Origin: an uncultured Verrucomicrobiae bacterium
Lineage (GTDB): Bacteria; Verrucomicrobiota; Verrucomicrobiia; Chthoniobacterales; JAATET01
NCBI GenBank assembly: GCA_963761705.1
Contig: CAVXHK010000003.1
Span: 577,455 to 641,454, forward strand
DNA: 64,000 nucleotides
Direction: 5' to 3'
The notes below the pieces were generated by a model. The model saw only the letters and a program-made list of their open reading frames with translations. It had not been told where the DNA came from and made no database searches. Made by a program: the position numbers and the translations under genes. This document shows, one piece after another, positions 56,988 to 64,000 of the stretch (position 1 is the stretch's first letter; each line of letters opens with the position of its first letter).

Positions 56988-58734
56988 GTTGGTAGCGTTT
57001 GTTTGTTTTCAGGTCGGCTACGTAGGCGGCGGCTTCCTCTTCGGTTTTCCCTCCGGCGGTTTGGACGACTTGGTGGAGCGCCTCGTCGACGTCCTTGGCC
57101 ATGCGTTTGGCGTCGCCGCAGACGTAGAAATGCGCGCCGTCCTCGAGCCACGCCCAGAGGTCGGTCGCCCGCTCGATCATCCGATTCTGGACGTAGATTT
57201 TATCGGCCTGATCGCGGGAGAAAGCGGTGTCGAGGCGGGTGAGGTGGCCGTCCGCGAGAAAGGTTTCGAGTTCGTCCTCATAGAGAAAATCGGTGGCTGC
57301 TCTCTGGTCGCCAAAGAAGAGCCAGTTTTTTCCAGTTGCGCCGGTGGCTCGGCGATCATGGAGGAACGCGCGGAACGGCGCGATGCCGGTGCCGGGACCG
57401 ACCATGATCATCGGCGTGTCGCCCGACGGCGGGAGCCGGAAGCCTTTGGAGACCTGAACGAACACGGGGATCGGCCCCGTGACGCGGTCGGCGAGGAAGG
57501 TGGAGCAGACGCCCTTGCGCCCGCGACTGAAGCTGTCGTAGCGGACGGCGGCGATGGTGAGGTGGACTTGGTCGGGGAAGGCGTTGAGGCTCGACGAGAT
57601 TGAATAAAGCCGCGGCTGGAGCTTGCGAAGGTGGGACACGAAGTCGGCGGGCGTGAACGTGACGCCGGGGAAATCGACGAGCAGGTCGACGACCTCGCGG
57701 CCCCAGAGGTAATGCGCGAGCGCCTCCTTGGCTTCGGGGACCACGAGGTCGGCGAGCGTTTTGTCGGAGCTGCGTTCGGCGATGGCGTCGAGGAGCTGGG
57801 CGGGAATCCTGGTGATCTCGTAATCACGGACGAGGGCATTGCGGAGCGGGGCTTCGCCGCCTTCGGGCGTGGCCACGGCTTCCTCGCCGTCGCAATTGAG
57901 AGCGTGGAGGATCTCGTCGACGACGGCGGGGCAGTTCGACGGGATCACGCCGAGGGCGTCGCCGACTTCGTAGGTGAGGCCGGAGCCAGTGAGGTCGATT
58001 TCGAAGTGGCGGACTTCCTTGGCGGACGTGTCGGCGGTGAGCTTGCGGTTGGTGATGAGTTTGGCGGGGAAGGGGTGCTTTCTCCCGTAGGCGGGAGCAG
58101 GATTGATGATTGATGATTGATCATTTATGATTTGGGGAATGGCGGCTTCGCCGATTGGGAACTCGACCGACTCCAATGCGGTGAAGACGGCTTCCTGCCA
58201 GGTGGCGGCGGACTCTTCGTAGTCGACGTTGCAGTCGACTCGCTCGTAGAGGCGGCTGGCTCCGAGGTCGGTGAGGCGGGTGTCGACGTCGACTCCAAAT
58301 TTGCAGAACGCCTCGTAGTTCGTGTCGCCGAGGGCGAGGACGGAGTATCGGAAATTTTCGAGTCGCGGAGCCGTGTCGGCGATGAGTTCTTCGTGGAAAT
58401 CGTGGGCGTTGGCGGGTGGCTCGCCGTCGCCGAAGGTGCTCGTCACGATGAGGGCGACGGGCACGTTGGCTAAGTCCGCGACTTTGACTTTGTCGAGGCC
58501 GATGGCACTGGATTCCCAGCCGCGCTTCTTGGCGGCTTTGGCGATTTGTTTGGCCAGAGATTCGGCGTTGCCGCTTTCCGTGCCGAAGTAGATCGGGACC
58601 GTTTTTTTCGGGGCTTCGAGGGCCGCGGGAGTCGCGTCGTTGCCGGAGAAGACGCCCGCGAGGAAGCCGTTGAGCCAGGCGCGCTGCTCGGTCGAGAACG
58701 GAGCGGTGTCGGGAATGAAGGGTGCGGTGCTCAT
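56974..58734 (-). CDS. diflavin reductase (sulfite-reductase flavoprotein CysJ-like)
   Basis: Flavodoxin domain (IYFGTESGNAE, TFGDGEPP) plus an FAD/NADPH domain (RLYSISSS, MVGPGTGIAPFRAF, C-terminal ...YQRDVY). Confidence 0.85.
   Translation of the reverse strand: MSTAPFIPDTAPFSTEQRAWLNGFLAGVFSGNDATPAALEAPKKTVPIYFGTESGNAESLAKQIAKAAKKRGWESSAIGLDKVKVADLANVPVALIVTSTFGDGEPPANAHDFHEELIADTAPRLENFRYSVLALGDTNYEAFCKFGVDVDTRLTDLGASRLYERVDCNVDYEESAATWQEAVFTALESVEFPIGEAAIPQIINDQSSIINPAPAYGRKHPFPAKLITNRKLTADTSAKEVRHFEIDLTGSGLTYEVGDALGVIPSNCPAVVDEILHALNCDGEEAVATPEGGEAPLRNALVRDYEITRIPAQLLDAIAERSSDKTLADLVVPEAKEALAHYLWGREVVDLLVDFPGVTFTPADFVSHLRKLQPRLYSISSSLNAFPDQVHLTIAAVRYDSFSRGRKGVCSTFLADRVTGPIPVFVQVSKGFRLPPSGDTPMIMVGPGTGIAPFRAFLHDRRATGATGKNWLFFGDQRAATDFLYEDELETFLADGHLTRLDTAFSRDQADKIYVQNRMIERATDLWAWLEDGAHFYVCGDAKRMAKDVDEALHQVVQTAGGKTEEEAAAYVADLKTNKRYQRDVY
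58101..58136. repeat. AT-rich heptamer-periodic element in-frame in the flavodoxin-FNR linker (encodes QIINDQSSIIN)
   Basis: On the coding strand it reads AAATCAT AAATGAT CAATCAT CAATCAT CAATC. Confidence 0.9.
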
Positions 58735-58738
58735 TGGC

Positions 58739-60496
58739 TTAGTTCGTGAAGATTTCCTGCAGTTCGCCGACCGAATGCCGGGCCGTGAAGTCGCCGAAGG
58801 TCTCCGTGCCCTCGCGGCGTGCGAGGTAGGTTTTCAGGACGCCTTCGAGCAGCGCCGGGAGCTGCGGAAACGGAATGCCGGTGAAGACTTGGCGTCCGAT
58901 CATTTGCCCGCCGATGCTGCGTCCGCCGAGGACGACGTGGTAGCCGTCGACCTTCGCGCCGTTGTGGCTGACCTGGGCGCCGAGGAGGCCGATGTCGCCG
59001 ATGTAGTGCTGGGCGCAGGAATTCGGGCAACCGGTGAGGTGAATGTTGATCGGCTGGTCGAGGGTGAGCTTTTTCTGAAGGTGATTGGCTAATTCCAGCC
59101 CCTGCGCCTTGGTGGCGGATTGCGCCCATTTGCAGCCAGCGCTGCCGGTGCAGGCGATGAGGCCGCCGAGGATGGCGGTGGCTTCGTGGTGGAAGCCCAT
59201 GCGGACGAGGCTGCGCTTGACCGTCTCGACGAAGCCGTCGCTCACGTCGGGAACGAGGACGTTCTGCCAGACGGTGAGCCGGAGGTGGCCGGATCCGTGG
59301 TTCGCGGCGAGGTCGGCGAGCCGGTGCATCTGGCGGGAGGTCATCGTGCCGACGGGGGTGACGACGCCGACGTAATTGAGGTGTGGCTGTCTCTGACGCC
59401 AGACGCCGATGTGCGCGTGGGGGATCGGCGGGTGGGGTGGGGCGCAGGCTTCGAGGGGGAATGGGGTCAGCGGGAAGGCGAGTTTTTTCTCCGTTTCTTC
59501 GAGAAATTTCGGGATGCCCCACTGGTCGACCAAGTATTTGAGGCGCGCCTTTTTGCGGTTGGTGCGGTCGCCGTTTTCGGTGAAGACGCGGACCATGGCG
59601 GCGGCGACGGCGATGGCGTCGGCGGGTTTGACGAGGATGCCGGAGTCGGTGGCGAATTGCTCGTGGCCGGTGATGCCGCAGAGTTGAACGCGGAAGTAGA
59701 CGCCGGGCTCCACGGATTTCCCCTCGGGGACGCGGACGGCGAGGAAGCCGATGTCGTTGGTCTCGGCGACGGTGGCGATGGCGCCTCCGCCCTCGAAGGC
59801 GATGTTGAACTTCCGCGGCAGCTCATACATGTCGCGGTTGTTGAGGATGTAATAGTGCATTCCCTTGGCGAGCGGGCGGGTGTCGAGGAACTCGCCACGG
59901 TCGATGCCGCCGGTGGCCGACGCCGTGATGTTGCGCAGATTATCCACGCCGGATCCACGGGCGGTGAGGCCGAGGTCCTGCAATTTATTGAGCACGTTGA
60001 TCGTGTTCTTCGGCTCGATCTCGCGGATCTGCAGGTTGGCGCGGGTCGTGATGTGCGCGTATCCGCCGCCCCAGTCGTGCGCGATTTCCGCGATCCCGTG
60101 GAGTTGCGCGGACGTGAGTTCGCCGCCGGGGATCCGCATTCGCAGCATGAACGACTCCTGCACCGGGCTGACGTGGAAGAGGCCGAAATTGCGAAACTGA
60201 AACGTGTTGCGCTTGTCGGGAAGTTTGTTCTCCCGCGCGTGCTCGGCGAGGTCGTCCCACGTGTCGAGTCCGCTCTGCTCGTGCTTCCAGACTTCCTGCT
60301 CGCACAGGTCCTCGATCGGGGTGCCGTGGACCGTTGCCTCCGCGAGGTTCGGCGCGCCGGAGTCGGGGTCGCTGGTAAGGAGGCCGTCCGACTGCCGCCC
60401 GACGAAGGGTGCCCGCTGCGCGGCTCCGGCGAAGAAACCTTGCAGGTATTCCTTCTGTTCGGCGGTGAAGGGTTGAGTGGGCAGTTCGCTCATCAC
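58739..60496 (-). CDS. nirA: nitrite/sulfite reductase hemoprotein (siroheme-[4Fe-4S], NirA-type)
   Basis: Two NiR/SiR repeats and the Cys cluster CTGSAGC...LTGCPNSC. The + ORF 59120..60499 is its antisense shadow. Confidence 0.85.
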   Translation of the reverse strand: MMSELPTQPFTAEQKEYLQGFFAGAAQRAPFVGRQSDGLLTSDPDSGAPNLAEATVHGTPIEDLCEQEVWKHEQSGLDTWDDLAEHARENKLPDKRNTFQFRNFGLFHVSPVQESFMLRMRIPGGELTSAQLHGIAEIAHDWGGGYAHITTRANLQIREIEPKNTINVLNKLQDLGLTARGSGVDNLRNITASATGGIDRGEFLDTRPLAKGMHYYILNNRDMYELPRKFNIAFEGGGAIATVAETNDIGFLAVRVPEGKSVEPGVYFRVQLCGITGHEQFATDSGILVKPADAIAVAAAMVRVFTENGDRTNRKKARLKYLVDQWGIPKFLEETEKKLAFPLTPFPLEACAPPHPPIPHAHIGVWRQRQPHLNYVGVVTPVGTMTSRQMHRLADLAANHGSGHLRLTVWQNVLVPDVSDGFVETVKRSLVRMGFHHEATAILGGLIACTGSAGCKWAQSATKAQGLELANHLQKKLTLDQPINIHLTGCPNSCAQHYIGDIGLLGAQVSHNGAKVDGYHVVLGGRSIGGQMIGRQVFTGIPFPQLPALLEGVLKTYLARREGTETFGDFTARHSVGELQEIFTN

Positions 60497-60504
60497 TAAT
60501 CGGG

Positions 60505-61302
60505 TCAGTCCGCGAGGACCGGGTCGCCGAAGCGCTCGTAAAGGAAATCGAGGATCTGGTTGCGCAGCGTGTAATAGCGCGGGTCTTCGCCGATGGCGTC
60601 GCGGGAGCGCGGGCGCTCGAAGGGGACGTCGAAAATCTCGCCGACCGTGGCGGCGGGGCCGTTCGTGAGCATGACGATGCGGTCGGCGAGGAGAATGGCT
60701 TCGTCGATGTCGTGGGTGATCATCACGACGGTCGTGCGGGTCGCTTCCCAGATTTCGAGAAGCTGATCCTGAACTTCCTCGCGCGTGAGGGCGTCGAGCG
60801 CGCCAAATGGCTCGTCCAGGAGGAGGACTTTCGGGCGGATGGCGAGCGCGCGGGCGATGGCGACGCGTTGCTTCATTCCGCCGGAGAGTTCGCCGGGGCG
60901 CTTGTGGGCGCTGGGCGTGAGGCCGACCATCTCGATGTGTTCGTCGGTGATGCGGGCGCGCTCGGCCTTCGAGATCTTCGGCATCGTGGCGTCGACGGCG
61001 AGGCGGACGTTGTCGGTGGCGGTCAGCCAGGGGAGGAGCGAGTAGTTTTGGAAAACCATCATGCGGTCGGGGCCGGGTTCGGTCACTTCCCGGCCTTCGA
61101 GGATCACGCCGCCTTCGGTCGGGGCGCTCATGCCGGCGATGGCGTTCATGAGCGTGGATTTGCCGCAGCCGGAATGCCCGAGAAGGACGATGAACTCACC
61201 TTCCTCGACCTTGAGCGCGATGTCCTTGAGCACGCACGTCGGCGGACCGCCCGCGCGACCGGGATAGGTCTTCGTCAGTTTGGTGAGTTCGAGGTAGGGC
61301 AT
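60505..61302 (-). CDS. nrtD: nitrate/nitrite (NitT/TauT family) ABC transporter ATP-binding protein, NrtD-like
   Basis: Walker [19 protein letters not shown] signature, Walker [12 protein letters not shown]; 265 aa. Confidence 0.85.
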   Translation of the reverse strand: MPYLELTKLTKTYPGRAGGPPTCVLKDIALKVEEGEFIVLLGHSGCGKSTLMNAIAGMSAPTEGGVILEGREVTEPGPDRMMVFQNYSLLPWLTATDNVRLAVDATMPKISKAERARITDEHIEMVGLTPSAHKRPGELSGGMKQRVAIARALAIRPKVLLLDEPFGALDALTREEVQDQLLEIWEATRTTVVMITHDIDEAILLADRIVMLTNGPAATVGEIFDVPFERPRSRDAIGEDPRYYTLRNQILDFLYERFGDPVLAD

Positions 61303-61303
61303 G

Positions 61304-61340
61304 TTATTTATGATTGATGATTTACCATTGATGATTTGGC
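61304..61340. repeat. AT-rich heptamer-periodic element filling the nrtC-nrtD intercistronic spacer
   Basis: The 42-nt gap between stop 61345 and ATG 61302 is essentially this element. 61306-61339 is identical to 52655-52688. Confidence 0.9.
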
Positions 61341-61344
61341 CGGG

Positions 61345-63138
61345 TTAGGCGGGCTGGAGGGTGGGGGACGGGTGGACTTGGTCGAGGAGAGTTTCGGGGT
61401 CCGCGGGCGGGGCGACGACTTTCCAGCGGGTGAGGCCTGCGAGGATGTTTTCCGACTCGGCGCGGGTGAGGGTGGTTTCGGAGAAGACGTTGAAGTCGGG
61501 GACTTCGGCGGTCTTTCCGTGGCCGTAGTCGTAGGTGCCGTCGAGACCGCGGGCGCTGTAGGCGGGGTCGGCGTTGACGTAGGTTTTTTGCGAAATGATT
61601 TCGATGAGCTCGGCGCGGTTGGCGGGTTCGTCGCACCAGCCGCAGGCTTCTTCGAGGGCGGCGACGATGGACGCGTGCTTGTCGACGTTGGCGTTCGCCC
61701 ACGCGGGCGTGGTGCCGAGGAGCTTCTCGACGTGGCCGGGGGCGAGGTCGAGGTCGGTTGCGACGACGTAGCCGATGCCCTCGTGAACGGCGCGGGCGTT
61801 CCAAGGTTCGCCGACGCAATAGCCGTCGAGGTTGCCGGCGGCGAGGTTGGCGACCATCTGCGCGGGCGGGACGGCGATAATCTCGACGTCCGTATCGGGG
61901 TCGATCCCGCCCGCGCTCAGCCAATCGCGGAGCAGGATATTGTGGGTGGAGGTCGGGAAAACCACGCCGAAGATGAGCTTGCGGTCGCCCGCGTCGCGTC
62001 CGTCGAGGTAGGCCCGAAGGTCGGTGGCGGTCTGGATCCCGCGGGCGTGAAAGCGCTCGGCGAGCGTGATGGCGTTGCCATTTCGGCTCAGGACCATCGA
62101 TGCGACGACGGGTTGCGGGTTCACCCCCGGGCGGCCCAGGGTGGAGCCGAGCGGCATACCGGCCACCATGGCGGCGAGGTCGAGTCGGCTGTCGAGGACG
62201 CCGTCGAGGATGGCCTTCCAACTCGGCTCGCGGCAGAGCTGAACGTCGACGCCGTGCTTCTCGAAAAATCCCTTTTCTTTTGCGATGGCTAATGGGGCGC
62301 AGTCGGAGAGCGGAATGAACCCGATGGTCGTGGCGGTTCGCTTCGGACCGTCGGCCTTTCTGGCTTTGTGCTTGTTGAGGAAATAGAGGAGTTCGTTGCG
62401 CTGCCGGTAATAGTTCGGGTGATTGATGGCCTCGCCGCGGGTGCGGGGTCGGGTGAGACCGACGGTCATGAGCTCGCCCACCTTGGCGGCGGGGCCGTTG
62501 GACATCATCACGACGCGGTCGGAGAGCAGGATCGCTTCTTCGACGTCGTGGGTGACCATGAGGACGGTGATGCGATGGGCCTCCCAAATGCTGAGGAGTT
62601 GTTCCTGCAGGCGGCCGCGGGTGAGGGCGTCGAGGGCGCCGAAGGGTTCGTCGAGGAGGAGGACGCGGGGCTTGACGACGAGGGCGCGGGCGATGCCGAC
62701 GCGCTGCTTCATGCCGCCGGAGATTTCGCCGGGGAGTTTGTCGGCGGCGGGGATGAGCGAGACCATGGCCAGGTGCTCGTCCACGAGGGCGGTCCGGTCG
62801 GCTTTGCCAAGGGTGCCGTGGACGGCGTCGACGCTGAGGCGGACGTTCTGGCGGACTGTTAGCCACGGGAGGAGGGAGTGGTTCTGGAAAACGAACATGC
62901 GGTCGGGGCCGGGGCCGGTGACGGGTTTGCCGCCAACGGTGATGCTGCCGGTGTCGCAGAGGTGGAAACCGCCGACCATGTTGAGAAGGGTCGATTTGCC
63001 GCAACCGGAGTGGCCGATGAGAGCCACGAATTCGCCCTCGCTAACGCTCAAATTGACCCCTTGGAGGGCGGTGAACGTTTTGCCGTCGGGGGACTTGAAG
63101 GTCTTTCCAGCGTCTTGAATGTCGATGAAAGCGGTCAA
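61345..63138 (-). CDS. nrtC: nitrate ABC transporter ATP-binding protein with a C-terminal NrtA-like solute-binding/regulatory domain, NrtC-like
   Basis: N-terminal ABC ATPase ([18 protein letters not shown]) plus a ~330-aa periplasmic-binding-protein-like domain, which is the NrtC architecture. The only possible start is TTG 63138, because an in-frame TAA lies directly upstream. Confidence 0.85.
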   Translation of the reverse strand: MTAFIDIQDAGKTFKSPDGKTFTALQGVNLSVSEGEFVALIGHSGCGKSTLLNMVGGFHLCDTGSITVGGKPVTGPGPDRMFVFQNHSLLPWLTVRQNVRLSVDAVHGTLGKADRTALVDEHLAMVSLIPAADKLPGEISGGMKQRVGIARALVVKPRVLLLDEPFGALDALTRGRLQEQLLSIWEAHRITVLMVTHDVEEAILLSDRVVMMSNGPAAKVGELMTVGLTRPRTRGEAINHPNYYRQRNELLYFLNKHKARKADGPKRTATTIGFIPLSDCAPLAIAKEKGFFEKHGVDVQLCREPSWKAILDGVLDSRLDLAAMVAGMPLGSTLGRPGVNPQPVVASMVLSRNGNAITLAERFHARGIQTATDLRAYLDGRDAGDRKLIFGVVFPTSTHNILLRDWLSAGGIDPDTDVEIIAVPPAQMVANLAAGNLDGYCVGEPWNARAVHEGIGYVVATDLDLAPGHVEKLLGTTPAWANANVDKHASIVAALEEACGWCDEPANRAELIEIISQKTYVNADPAYSARGLDGTYDYGHGKTAEVPDFNVFSETTLTRAESENILAGLTRWKVVAPPADPETLLDQVHPSPTLQPA

Positions 63139-63176
63139 TTTATTTATGATTTACCATTTATGATTGATGATTTGGG
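63139..63176. repeat. AT-rich heptamer array, left boundary of the four-helix-bundle cassette
   Basis: TTTATTTATGATTTACCATTTATGATTGATGATTTGGGG. Nt 63142-63165 match the reverse complement of 63527-63550 at 23/24 positions. Confidence 0.9.
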
Positions 63177-63184
63177 GTGAGATC

Positions 63185-63541
63185 ATGAATCGGGATCAAC
63201 TGGCGGCTCGGACGAAAGAGTTTGCGAAACGCGTGCTGAGGGTGGCTGAGGCGTTGCCGACTGGTTACGCGGGGCGGACGATTGGGAATCAGATCTGCCG
63301 AAGCGGGTGTTCGGTGGCCGCGAACTACCGGGCGGCTCTGCGCGGGAAGTCCCGAGCCGACTTTGCCAATAAGATCACCGTCGTTCTCGAGGAGGCGGAC
63401 GAAACGATGTTCTGGCTCGAAATGATCGACGAAATGGACCTGCTTCCGAAGAGCAAACTCGAGCCCCTCCTCGGCGAAGCCGGAGAGCTGGTCAAGATCT
63501 TCGGAGCAACCCTCGCCACCACCAAAAATCATAAATCGTAA
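63185..63541 (+). CDS. four-helix-bundle protein (23S rRNA IVS protein / Avd-like family), full-length copy 1
   Basis: 118 aa: MNRDQLAARTKEFAKRVLRVAEALP...GNQICRSGCSVAANYRAA.RGKSRADFANKI..VLEEADETMFWLEM. The family pattern (F...v......P........Q..RS..SI.AN..EG....S..DF..k......E..ET..WL) is recognisable. It lies antisense to the nrt operon. Confidence 0.8.
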   Translation: MNRDQLAARTKEFAKRVLRVAEALPTGYAGRTIGNQICRSGCSVAANYRAALRGKSRADFANKITVVLEEADETMFWLEMIDEMDLLPKSKLEPLLGEAGELVKIFGATLATTKNHKS

Positions 63542-63560
63542 ATCATAAATCATAAATCTA
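63526..63560. repeat. (AAATCNT)x5 heptamer array, right boundary of copy 1
   Basis: AAATCAT AAATCGT AAATCAT AAATCAT AAATCTA. It overlaps the last codons and the stop of copy 1. Confidence 0.95.
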
Positions 63561-63562
63561 AC

Positions 63563-63856
63563 GTGGCGTTGCCGACTGGTTACGCGGGGCGGACGATTGG
63601 GAATCAGATCTGCCGAAGCGGGTGTTCGGTGGCCGCGAACTACCGGGCGGCTCTGCGCGGGAAGTCCCGAGCCGACTTTGCCAATAAGATCACCATCGTT
63701 CTGGAGGAGGCGGACGAAACGATGTTCTGGCTCGAAATGATCGACGAAATGGACCTGCTTCCGAAGAGCAAACTCGAGCCCCTCCTCGGCGAAGCCGGAG
63801 AGCTGGTCAAGATCTTCGGAGCAACCCTCGCCGCCACCAAAAATTATAAATCGTAA
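63563..63856 (+). CDS. four-helix-bundle protein, 5'-truncated tandem copy 2
   Basis: Homology to copy 1 begins at 63566 (=63251). It lacks the first ~22 codons, and GTG 63563 is a possible start. I count 4 substitutions over ~290 nt versus copy 1. It may be non-functional. Confidence 0.6.
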   Translation: MALPTGYAGRTIGNQICRSGCSVAANYRAALRGKSRADFANKITIVLEEADETMFWLEMIDEMDLLPKSKLEPLLGEAGELVKIFGATLAATKNYKS

Positions 63857-63882
63857 ATCATAAATCATAAATCATAAATCTA
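63841..63882. repeat. (AAATNNT)x6 heptamer array after copy 2
   Basis: AAATTAT AAATCGT AAATCAT AAATCAT AAATCAT AAATCTA, one unit more than after copy 1. Confidence 0.95.
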
Positions 63883-63884
63883 AC

Positions 63885-64000
63885 GTGGCGTTGCCGACTG
63901 GTTACGCGGGGCGGACGATTGGGAATCAGATCTGCCGAAGCGGGTGTTCGGTGGCCGCGAACTACCGGGCGGCTCTGCGCGGGAAGTCCCGAGCCGACTT
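63885..64000 (+). CDS. four-helix-bundle protein, 5'-truncated tandem copy 3 (partial; runs off the right edge)
   Basis: Sequence from 63888 repeats 63566 onward, with the same junction CTAACGTGGCGTTGCCGAC. Confidence 0.55.
   Translation, partial: MALPTGYAGRTIGNQICRSGCSVAANYRAALRGKSRAD

Noticed and set aside
63185-63541. Calling the locus a diversity-generating retroelement because of the Avd-like protein
   Set aside because: No reverse transcriptase and no template/variable repeat pair are visible in the window. The tandem copies differ by only 4 scattered substitutions, not adenine-specific changes.
63158-63868. 236-aa minus-strand ORF (MIYDLRFIIFGGGEG...)
   Set aside because: It is the antisense of the tandem four-helix-bundle copies. 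Its internal repetition merely mirrors the DNA duplication, and IYDLRF is the translation of the heptamer array.
63139-64000. CRISPR array, suggested by regularly spaced repeats at the window end
   Set aside because: The period is 315-322 bp and the 'spacers' are near-identical copies of a protein-coding sequence. The short repeats are 7-nt microsatellite units, not 25-40-nt CRISPR repeats. No cas genes are present.

Overview
High-GC bacterial chromosomal segment with about 55 protein genes, 1 tRNA and no rRNA or CRISPR. A PEP-CTERM protein, a PATR-repeat autotransporter and Avd-like four-helix-bundle genes suggest a Verrucomicrobiota/Opitutales-like organism; this is inference only.

Layout:
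- 0-15 kb: GH63 and GH15 glycosidases flanking a TSUP permease, dienelactone hydrolase, SDR, tRNA-Val, TlpA-like thioredoxin, an isolated nuoEF pair, gpmI, lipocalin, lysS and a nitroreductase.
- 15.4-33.2 kb, accessory-looking: two minus-strand operons that together resemble a ketosynthase-less, ACP-dependent acyl/aryl-lipid pathway. One holds an AMP-ligase, a WxWxIP flavin halogenase, a LolA-like protein and an MMPL exporter. The other holds a flippase-like protein, patatin, ACP, a stand-alone condensation-domain protein and an FAD oxidoreductase. They are separated by an autotransporter, a PEP-CTERM protein, a serine hydrolase and a GAF-LytTR regulator.
- 33-52 kb: gene remnants, an aminotransferase with an NCS1 permease, MFS sugar porter, dnaB, rplI, coaX, two PilT-family ATPases, guaB followed by a long PurA-like gene, a 2-hydroxyacid dehydrogenase and a TIM-barrel gene, then MOSC and mobA.
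- 52-64 kb: a minus-strand nitrate-assimilation cluster with nrtC, nrtD, nirA, a CysJ-like flavoprotein, DUF4202, a DmsB-DmsC-like fusion and nasA.

The most unusual signal is in and around that cluster. Short 7-8 nt tandem-repeat tracts sit exactly at gene or domain junctions, and some are in-frame inside nasA, the cysJ-like gene and the Fe-S/membrane fusion. At the window's right end there is a tandemly amplified, antisense cassette of four-helix-bundle (Avd/23S-IVS-protein-like) genes, bounded by inverted AAATCAT-heptamer arrays.

Caveat: several genes, including guaB, carry apparent 1-nt frameshifts. Most sit at short mononucleotide runs, so assembly indel errors are likely. Many long ORFs in the supplied track are antisense or off-frame shadows typical of high-GC DNA.
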